Part shown: piece after piece, positions 55,322 to 61,976 of the stretch
How positions within the stretch are numbered: position 1 is the stretch's first letter
Layout: every line of letters starts with the position of its first letter
IMG/VR virus record: IMGVR_UViG_3300043788_000036
Coordinates: 1 to 61,976 of that record
Reading direction: 5' to 3' (one strand)
Length of the DNA: 61,976 bases
From: a virus
Lineage: Duplodnaviria > Caudoviricetes
Program-made: the position numbers and the translations under genes
The notes under the pieces: generated by a model
The model's input: the letters and a program-made list of their open reading frames with translations, nothing else
Database searches by the model: none
Told to the model about the DNA's origin: nothing

Positions 55322-56008
55322 GTGTCACTTCTATTCGCTCCATACGGGCTTGCGCCCGTGGCTCACGAATCCGGAATAGTTCGTCCGGCGTTTGGTTCTG
55401 GCGGGGGTCAGCCTCTCGGTGGGTATACCATCGCGAGCGGCTACGCCAATAACATTTTTTTGAACTCGCCTATCGGTATCGATACGGTCACCCCTACGTC
55501 GAATATCGTGTTGATTGCGGCTCAGGGCGCGTCAGCTGTCACTCCAACACTGGCCAATAAGCTACTCGGCTCCTTCCAAGGGGTTGAATTTACGTTGGCC
55601 ACGGGGCGCCGTACGGTGTCCAATTTCTGGCCTGCCGGTACTGTGCCCTTCGCAGGCTCGCAGACAGTTGCCTGGATTACGCGCGACCCGCGTATCCGTT
55701 ACCAGATTCAAGCGAACGGCCCAGTGGCCGCAACCCCAACGGCGACGGTGCCATCGATGGGTACCCTTGCGTCGTTTACTGCGAACGGGTCGGCTAACGG
55801 TAATGCTACGACGGGGTTCTCTACGGTTGCACTGGATACGACCACTGCAAACATGAGTAACACTCTAAACCAGCCTACGACGTTAAACCAACTACGCATA
55901 GTCGGGTTCGCGCAGCAGATTGATAATAACCCTGGAGATGCATTTACTCAGGTAATTGTCGAGATTGCGCTTCACCAAGATCTGCCTCTGCCGGGCGTCG
56001 CTTACTAA
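55322..56008 (+). CDS. Capsid decoration / cement-like protein
   Basis: APYGLAPV, IASGYANNIF, GSFQGVEF, DP..YQIQA; directly upstream of the major capsid gene. Confidence 0.6.
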   Translation: MSLLFAPYGLAPVAHESGIVRPAFGSGGGQPLGGYTIASGYANNIFLNSPIGIDTVTPTSNIVLIAAQGASAVTPTLANKLLGSFQGVEFTLATGRRTVSNFWPAGTVPFAGSQTVAWITRDPRIRYQIQANGPVAATPTATVPSMGTLASFTANGSANGNATTGFSTVALDTTTANMSNTLNQPTTLNQLRIVGFAQQIDNNPGDAFTQVIVEIALHQDLPLPGVAY

Positions 56009-56041
56009 CACTCCGCAACTTAACGCCACAGGAGATTTACT

Positions 56042-56962
56042 ATGGCACTTCCAATGCGGAGTACAGACTTCCGCTCAGTCGTTGAGCCAATCCTCAACGA
56101 GACTTTCGATGGCATTTACGACCAACGTGCGGATGAGTGGAAGCTCATCTTCCGCGAGTTCCGCGGTACCCCCCGTAACTACCACGAGGAACCGGTGCTC
56201 TTCGGTATGGGTGCTGCGCCCGCGTTGCCAGATGGCACCCCGGTCACGTACCAGTCGGGCGGAGTGCTCTACATCCAGCGCTACCTGTATGCAGTCTTCG
56301 GGTTGGCTTTCGCGCTGACCAAGGTACTGGTCGAAGACGGCGATCACATCAAAATCGGCACTATTTTCGCCGAGCACTTGGCGCAGTCGTTGGTTGAGAC
56401 GAAAGAAGTTCTATGTGCGAATGTGCTCAACAACGGCTTCAACGCGGCTTTCCCGGGCGGTGACGGCGTTGCACTGATCGCGACGAACCACCCCTTGGCG
56501 CCGCCGGCAGGGTCGTTCAGCAATCAGCTCACGACGGCTGCAGCGCTTTCGCAGACCTCGCTGGAGCAAATGCTCATCCAGATCCGCAACGCCGTGGACA
56601 ATAACGGTAAGCGCATTCGGCTGACTCCGCTGCAGCTCGTTACGTCGCCTTCGAACGTGATGCAGGGCGAGGTGCTCTTGAAGAGCGTCCTACGGGCAGG
56701 TACTGCTAATAACGACGTCAACCCCATCAAGTCGTTGGGGCTGTTGCCGAAGGGTCAGGCGAATATCTCGCGCCTCACGTCGCAGACTGCTTGGTTTGTG
56801 CAGACAGACGTGCGTCAGGGGCTGAAGCTCGCCATGCGCCGCACGTTGGAAAAGAGCATGGAAGGGGACTTCGAGACCGACTCCATGCGCTATAAAGCGA
56901 CAGAACGGTACATTCCGTCGTTCACGGACCCGAGATGCCTCTACGGCACGCCGGGCCTCTGA
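56042..56962 (+). CDS. Major capsid protein
   Basis: EPILN..F, LAFALTK..EDG, ANVLNNGF, GGDGVAL..HP, EGDFETDSMRYKATERY..DPR..YGTPG. Confidence 0.9.
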   Translation: MALPMRSTDFRSVVEPILNETFDGIYDQRADEWKLIFREFRGTPRNYHEEPVLFGMGAAPALPDGTPVTYQSGGVLYIQRYLYAVFGLAFALTKVLVEDGDHIKIGTIFAEHLAQSLVETKEVLCANVLNNGFNAAFPGGDGVALIATNHPLAPPAGSFSNQLTTAAALSQTSLEQMLIQIRNAVDNNGKRIRLTPLQLVTSPSNVMQGEVLLKSVLRAGTANNDVNPIKSLGLLPKGQANISRLTSQTAWFVQTDVRQGLKLAMRRTLEKSMEGDFETDSMRYKATERYIPSFTDPRCLYGTPGL

Positions 56963-57077
56963 GCGGGGCCGGGTAAAAGTGTTGAAGCGCCCCGCATTCC
57001 GCGTACAGCCTCCGTACGGATTCGTCCCCGTACCGAGAACCTACGTCGTTTGTGGGGCGCTTCTCCTTGGGTGACCC

Positions 57078-57365
57078 ATGGCGTCTATTACCGACACGTC
57101 AACTACGATCGCGACAGGGCAGGTTCCGGTAACTTCGTCGACTGCGGTTCAGATACGTCCTACTACACCCTTAAGAACTAAGCTTACTTTATCTAGTACC
57201 GTACCCATTTACATTGCAGACTCTTCTGGAGGTGCGGCTACGGGTTATGCGCCCTTCGGGACTAACAACGGCGGTATCAATTACGATATTCCAACACAAG
57301 ACGCGGTATGGGCCATAGGCGTAGGTCCTAACGGCACGGTGTTGTTTATGGAATTCCACAATTGA
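57078..57365 (+). CDS. Small beta-rich virion protein
   Basis: T/S-rich; follows the major capsid gene. Confidence 0.55.
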   Translation: MASITDTSTTIATGQVPVTSSTAVQIRPTTPLRTKLTLSSTVPIYIADSSGGAATGYAPFGTNNGGINYDIPTQDAVWAIGVGPNGTVLFMEFHN

Positions 57366-57377
57366 AGGTGCATTAAC

Positions 57378-58148
57378 GTGTTCGACGGACAAGTAGCTAG
57401 GTTTTATCCCGGGGCGACAGACAGCTCGCCTAACACTATTTTTTCGGATATCTACGCGCTTGATCGTACGAGCAAGCTGCATGAGTATCTGAATGACTTT
57501 GATAGTTTTGGTGCCGGCGACTGGACTATTACAGGTGCGGGTTCTCAAGTGCTAACTGCAGGGGACGGTGGCCAGCTTGCGATTACTAGCCCAGTTAGTG
57601 CTTTCCAATCCTTGCAGAAGAATCCCGCTAATTTCCAACTTGTACAGGGTTATAGAAGTTGGTTTAAGACTATCGCCAAGTTAGATAGTCTGCTGGGTAA
57701 TACGCTGACGGGGTTACTCAATATCACCGCGACTCCGTTTACCGGGGCTAGTCAAACTGACGGTATTTGGTTCACGACCGACGTGACTACGGGAGAAGTG
57801 CGCGGCAACGTGGGCACGGCTGGCGTTATCCAAACCGTGGACCTGGGCGTGCAGATTATAGCCGGGCAGTTTTACCAGCTCGCCTACTACTATGAGGGTA
57901 ATGTGTACAGCCTTGCCCCCAATGGCAAGGTGATATTTGAAGTCACTACCGCGCCTACTTCCTTAGTGCCCGCTGTAACAGCCCCTGCGAGGGCGGAAAT
58001 CTCCCCGGGAGCGGGGTTCCCAGGGGCCACACTGCTGGCTCCCACCTTGGCGGTAAACGCCTCTACCGCAGTAGCCCGGGTGTATACCGTCGACTTGTTC
58101 TACGCCTCCAAAGACCGTACCAACATAAATATGACCCCTCCGTTCTAA
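57378..58148 (+). CDS. Virion beta-sandwich protein, paralog 1
   Basis: YLNDFD, NITATPFTG..DGIWF, TAPAR, KDR..TPPF. Confidence 0.65.
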   Translation: MFDGQVARFYPGATDSSPNTIFSDIYALDRTSKLHEYLNDFDSFGAGDWTITGAGSQVLTAGDGGQLAITSPVSAFQSLQKNPANFQLVQGYRSWFKTIAKLDSLLGNTLTGLLNITATPFTGASQTDGIWFTTDVTTGEVRGNVGTAGVIQTVDLGVQIIAGQFYQLAYYYEGNVYSLAPNGKVIFEVTTAPTSLVPAVTAPARAEISPGAGFPGATLLAPTLAVNASTAVARVYTVDLFYASKDRTNINMTPPF

Positions 58149-58173
58149 ACCATTATCGGGAGATTGTTACCCC

Positions 58174-58965
58174 ATGTTTGACATTCAGGTTAGCCGGTAC
58201 CCGTTCGGGGGCAACAATACCCGAGACAGTGAGCTGTTTTCGGACCAGCCGGTAGACGACTGGACCAAGAACCACAATTACTTCCAAGACTTTGACGACT
58301 ATTTTGGCCCTACTGCGGTAGGCACTGCGGGCGGCTTTACGCTTTCTAGCGGAGGGGCTGCGACGGTCACCCAACCCAACGTAGACGGGGGGGTTATCAG
58401 CTTAAATGCTGTAGCCTCTACTGCAGCCTCCTTACAGAAACAGGGTCATTTCTCGGTCAAGGTAGGGTTGCGCACATTTTTTCGCCAGCTGATCTCAGTC
58501 GATAACGTCTTGGGGCTAGTGTTGGCAGGAATGACCAATGTTACTGCTACCCCGTTCACTGGGGGGCAGCTCACAGACGGGTTTTGGTTTTCGTCTACTA
58601 ACACTGGAGCGCTCAGCTTCAACGTCGCCACAGGCGGAGTAGTCACCACACAGGCGTGCGGGGTTAGCCTAGTCGGGGGTAACTTTGCAACCTTGGGGGC
58701 TTATTGGGATGGAGGGCTATACTCTCAGCATCAGCCGGGCGGCGTAATTGTATGGGAGTGCGCTCCGCCCCCATTCGGGCTTACCTCAGGGTTAACTGCC
58801 CCCGCGCGAGGGTCTGTCCCCGCCCCCACTAACTTCCCCAGTGCAGCCCTCCTCGCGTTCCTGTCTGGCGTCAACCCGTCCACCGCAGCTGCGCGGGCGC
58901 TTCAGGTGGACTACTGGTACGGCCTGAAAGATCGAAATGACTTCGAGCAGACGCCTACTTTCTGA
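58174..58965 (+). CDS. Virion beta-sandwich protein, paralog 2
   Basis: YFQDFD, NVTATPFTG..DGFWF, TAPAR, KDR..TPTF. Confidence 0.65.
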   Translation: MFDIQVSRYPFGGNNTRDSELFSDQPVDDWTKNHNYFQDFDDYFGPTAVGTAGGFTLSSGGAATVTQPNVDGGVISLNAVASTAASLQKQGHFSVKVGLRTFFRQLISVDNVLGLVLAGMTNVTATPFTGGQLTDGFWFSSTNTGALSFNVATGGVVTTQACGVSLVGGNFATLGAYWDGGLYSQHQPGGVIVWECAPPPFGLTSGLTAPARGSVPAPTNFPSAALLAFLSGVNPSTAAARALQVDYWYGLKDRNDFEQTPTF

Positions 58966-58972
58966 GGTTTAA

Positions 58973-59605
58973 ATGCGCCCAATCACCCAAATTAGAACTC
59001 TGGCCGCAGCAGCGGTTGGGGCTATTTGCGCTGCCCAGACTACGGCCGGGGCGGGTAACCTCGTTATCAACGGTTCGCTGGCTTCCGGAGGGGTTGCTAC
59101 GCTTTCTGCGCAGCAAATTCTGGGGGTCACTTCCGCAGGTAACCTCTCGGCAGTCAACTTTACGATTACCGGTACGGACGATCAAGGCCGGGTAATTGCC
59201 CAGACGATTGCCGGCCCCAACGCTAATACGGTGCAGACCACCCTCAATTACCGCACGGTCACTAGCATTGCAGTTAGCGCTGCGGTAGGCACTAACGTTA
59301 CTGTAGACACTTTGCAGATCGGGGCTTCTATCGAAGTGCCCCTCGATCAGTACGTGACACAGTTCAATGTATCGATTGCGGTAGAAGTGACGGGTACCCT
59401 CAACTACGTCATGCAATTTACTTTCGATGATATTTTCGGGGGCGCTCCGGGACCGTTCAATTGGATTAGCAGTACGGTAGTCGTTAGTGCGACTAGTGCC
59501 AACACCAATGGCACATTGATTTCGCCCGTGCGCGCAGTTCGTTTACTGACTAACTCAGGTAGCGGCACCGGGAAGATGCTTGTTATTCAAGGTGGACTAA
59601 CGTGA
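58973..59605 (+). CDS. Virion structural protein
   Basis: FTITGTD..G..IAGPNANTV; PVRAVRL. Confidence 0.65.
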   Translation: MRPITQIRTLAAAAVGAICAAQTTAGAGNLVINGSLASGGVATLSAQQILGVTSAGNLSAVNFTITGTDDQGRVIAQTIAGPNANTVQTTLNYRTVTSIAVSAAVGTNVTVDTLQIGASIEVPLDQYVTQFNVSIAVEVTGTLNYVMQFTFDDIFGGAPGPFNWISSTVVVSATSANTNGTLISPVRAVRLLTNSGSGTGKMLVIQGGLT

Positions 59606-60552
59606 CCAACCCTGTAGAGGGAGGGGGTATCCAGGGGGGCATGAGTACCTCGCCTACAGACATTCAGGTGTTTACCTCGCCTGGGGGTACCTGGGTAAAG
59701 CCTGGGGGCACTCCTTCGTGTACTCGCGTGATCTGTCTGGGCCCCGGGGCAGGAGGGGGGTCTGGCGCATCTATTGGTCCCGGCACGGCGTGTTCAGGAG
59801 GCGCAGGGGGCGGTGGGGGCGAATGCATGGAGATCACCTTCCCGACGAGTACTCTACCTGCAACGGTGTCGGTTACAGTTCCTACTGGAGGGCAAGGAGG
59901 CGCTTCGGTGACCGGCGCGGTCGGCGCCCCGGGGGTGGTAGCGGTCAGTAATACCCTCTTCGGTGTCTATGCTACGGGTTACGCGGGGGGCGCTGGCCAA
60001 GGGGGCGCGTCAGCCGCTTCAAGTGCGGGTGGGGGCGGCGGGGGTATTGCGGGGGCGGGCGGTACTGGGGCGTCGGGCGTCGGCGGCGCTGGAGGCCCTG
60101 GGGGCGGCATAACCGGAGGCGTCGGGGCGTCCACGGTAAATGCGGCAGGGCTCATTGCAGGAGGTGGCGGTGCCGGTGGCTCATCCGGAGCAGGCGGAAA
60201 CCCCGGAGGTAACTCCGGATACGGTGGAACAGGGGGCGGTTCTGGGGGTGGATTAGCTGCAGTCCCGGTAGCGACTTCTGGAGGCAATGGAGGAACTTCC
60301 CCGGGTACCCCTTGGGATATACTTGCGGCAGGTAGTATGGGTGTGGGCAGTGGCGGTAGTAACGATGTTGGGTTTGTTGGAGGCTCTGCAGGGGCAGGTG
60401 GAGCTTCTAGCGCTGTTGGGGCGGGTTTTGCGGGCGGCGCAGGCGGTTATGGTTCTGGTGGAGGAGGCGGGGGTAGCGCTATTGCTACTCAGGCGTCGGG
60501 TCCCGGAGGTGCTGGGGGTGCGGGTCTTTGTGTTGCGATCACCATATTTTAG
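59602..60552 (+). CDS. Glycine-rich fiber/spike-like protein
   Basis: QVFT..GTWVKP..VICLGPGAGGGSG..GGAGGAGLCVAIT. Confidence 0.65.
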   Translation: MTNPVEGGGIQGGMSTSPTDIQVFTSPGGTWVKPGGTPSCTRVICLGPGAGGGSGASIGPGTACSGGAGGGGGECMEITFPTSTLPATVSVTVPTGGQGGASVTGAVGAPGVVAVSNTLFGVYATGYAGGAGQGGASAASSAGGGGGGIAGAGGTGASGVGGAGGPGGGITGGVGASTVNAAGLIAGGGGAGGSSGAGGNPGGNSGYGGTGGGSGGGLAAVPVATSGGNGGTSPGTPWDILAAGSMGVGSGGSNDVGFVGGSAGAGGASSAVGAGFAGGAGGYGSGGGGGGSAIATQASGPGGAGGAGLCVAITIF

Positions 60553-60555
60553 AGG

Positions 60556-61236
60556 TTGACCATGTCAGGTTTCAAAGACACGACCCGGACCGTCCGCGGC
60601 CACCACAATTGGGGTGGTGGGTCTGTTGGTAGCAGTACGGGTGGAACGATCAACCGCTTGGCGCGCGGGGGGTCGATCGACAAGATCGATTCTGACCCGG
60701 GACACCCGGAGATTTACCCTAAAGAGGGTAATCGCACGAAGGGCACCTCTGCGACCCTGCGTAAGGAGTCTCCCACGCAAGAGCTTGAGGAGCACGGCGG
60801 TAAGACCCCCCTCATCTCGAAGTTCAAGAAAGGGGGTGCTACCAAGCACTTCCATGTGCATAAGCACTTCCATGCGAAGGGCGGGCGTACGCGCACGGTG
60901 AGTCGGTCGTATAGCACTGCAGAAAAGCAGGCAGAGACCTACGCAGACGGGGGGCACGTCCATGACGATACGCATATTCCTGCGGGCTACCCCGACTACA
61001 AAAAGGGGGGCAAGACCCGAGCCCCGGTCAAGAAGAACGCTGGAGGGGCGATGTATGCGCCGGGCGGCGCCGTGGGCGCCCCCGTCATGGGGGGCCCGAC
61101 CCCAAGCCCCCTGAGCGCCTTAGCGGCCCGTCCGCGGGGGCTCCCCATGCGCCCGCAGCTCCCCATGCGCAGACCTGTCGCAGCTCCGGGGCCTCAACTG
61201 GCCATGCGCGCGCGCGGCGGCGCGATGAAGAAGTAA
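60556..61236 (+). CDS. Basic disordered protein with eight GG motifs (start 60556 or 60562)
   Basis: LARGG, FKKGG, HAKGG, YADGG, YKKGG, KNAGG, YAPGG, RARGG. Confidence 0.7.
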   Translation: MTMSGFKDTTRTVRGHHNWGGGSVGSSTGGTINRLARGGSIDKIDSDPGHPEIYPKEGNRTKGTSATLRKESPTQELEEHGGKTPLISKFKKGGATKHFHVHKHFHAKGGRTRTVSRSYSTAEKQAETYADGGHVHDDTHIPAGYPDYKKGGKTRAPVKKNAGGAMYAPGGAVGAPVMGGPTPSPLSALAARPRGLPMRPQLPMRRPVAAPGPQLAMRARGGAMKK

Positions 61237-61356
61237 CGGCTAGCATCGAGGCATTGCGTAAGCGTTTACGAATCGCTACGCTCGCGGTTGGCGGACCGTG
61301 TCCGCTAGTGTGCCACCGATAGGCAGGCGCGCTTTCCTCGATGAAAAGGAGAGCGC

Positions 61357-61976
61357 TTGACTACGTCCGGTACCGTAAGCACCACCGTGTTCAACACGGG
61401 AAAGCTCATTGACAGAGCTTTCGGCCGATGCCAATTACCTCCGCAGAAGATCACCTCTGAGTATCTCTCGATCGCTCAGGATCTTCTGTACTTGGCGCTC
61501 TCAACCCTTGCGAGCAAGGGCATTGCCCTTTGGGCAGTGCAGAAGGTCATCCTTCCCCTCTACGATGCGACGCAAGACGTATTGGCCCCATTGGGTACCG
61601 TGGACGTACTCAATGCCAACCTGCGCAGTGTCACGCAGTTGGAATTACCTGCATTGGGGTGCTTGTACACCAGCTCCGCGGGGGGTATCGCGGCGAACGC
61701 CTTTGACGGTAACCTAGCCACGACCTGTACCCAAACTGCTCCGAACGGGTTTATCCAAGTGCAGTACCCCGCAGTGGGGCAGCCTGTTGTCTTCGGTATT
61801 TTCCCCAATGCCACCGCTACGTGGAACGTAGCGATTCAAACGTCTACGGACGGGCTCAACTTTACTACGGTATATACCAACACTGCATTAGCCGTAGTCA
61901 ATGGACAGTGGTTTTGGGTCGACATTGAAGGGATTCCCGAGTCAGGGGTGCTCTACGTGCGACTTCAAGCTTCCGG
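61357..61976 (+). CDS. N-terminal part of the head-tail adaptor-like protein (continues at 1..488)
   Basis: AGGAG-N5-TTG; MTTSGT..LIDRAFGRC..LASKGIALW; open to the window end. Confidence 0.75.
   Translation, partial: MTTSGTVSTTVFNTGKLIDRAFGRCQLPPQKITSEYLSIAQDLLYLALSTLASKGIALWAVQKVILPLYDATQDVLAPLGTVDVLNANLRSVTQLELPALGCLYTSSAGGIAANAFDGNLATTCTQTAPNGFIQVQYPAVGQPVVFGIFPNATATWNVAIQTSTDGLNFTTVYTNTALAVVNGQWFWVDIEGIPESGVLYVRLQAS

Noticed and set aside
56960-57365. Capsid stop read-through into the next gene
   Set aside because: The next gene is out of frame and I saw no slippery site at the capsid 3' end

Overview
The window is an apparently complete, circularly permuted genome of a tailed dsDNA phage, about 61,960 bp unique: bases 1-16 repeat bases 61961-61976, and one structural gene reads through the junction. 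It looks podovirus-like, with adaptor, nozzle and ejection-type genes but no recognisable tape measure, sheath, integrase or RNA polymerase. CsrA, UrcA-like and FN3-like genes suggest a gammaproteobacterial host (inference). Layout: (+) 39.4 kb through the junction to 16 kb holds packaging, head, lysis, tail and ejection genes; (-) 16-33.5 kb holds replication, recombination, host-takeover and early genes; (+) 33.5-39.2 kb holds regulators, a methylase-like gene, primase-helicase and a probable origin. Recognisable counter-defence cargo: a Prs-like plus Nampt-like pair (NARP1-type NAD+ reconstitution), two DUF2829/Tad2-like proteins, an Acb2-like protein and a Gp49-family protein. The most unusual signals are: (1) a short [FYLHR]-[AK]-x-G-G motif repeated about 16 times across six late proteins, often at module boundaries; (2) a two-RNA locus just upstream of terS, made of a promoter- and terminator-bounded sRNA complementary to a recurring ACGAAC-ATG start motif, followed by a circularly permuted tRNA mimic with no Ro60 gene nearby; (3) HiPIP-like Cys domains appended to an ejection protein; (4) an iteron-like origin flanked by the primase and an RHH protein that share a C-terminal domain. 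All family calls come from motif recognition by eye; no searches or folding programs were run.
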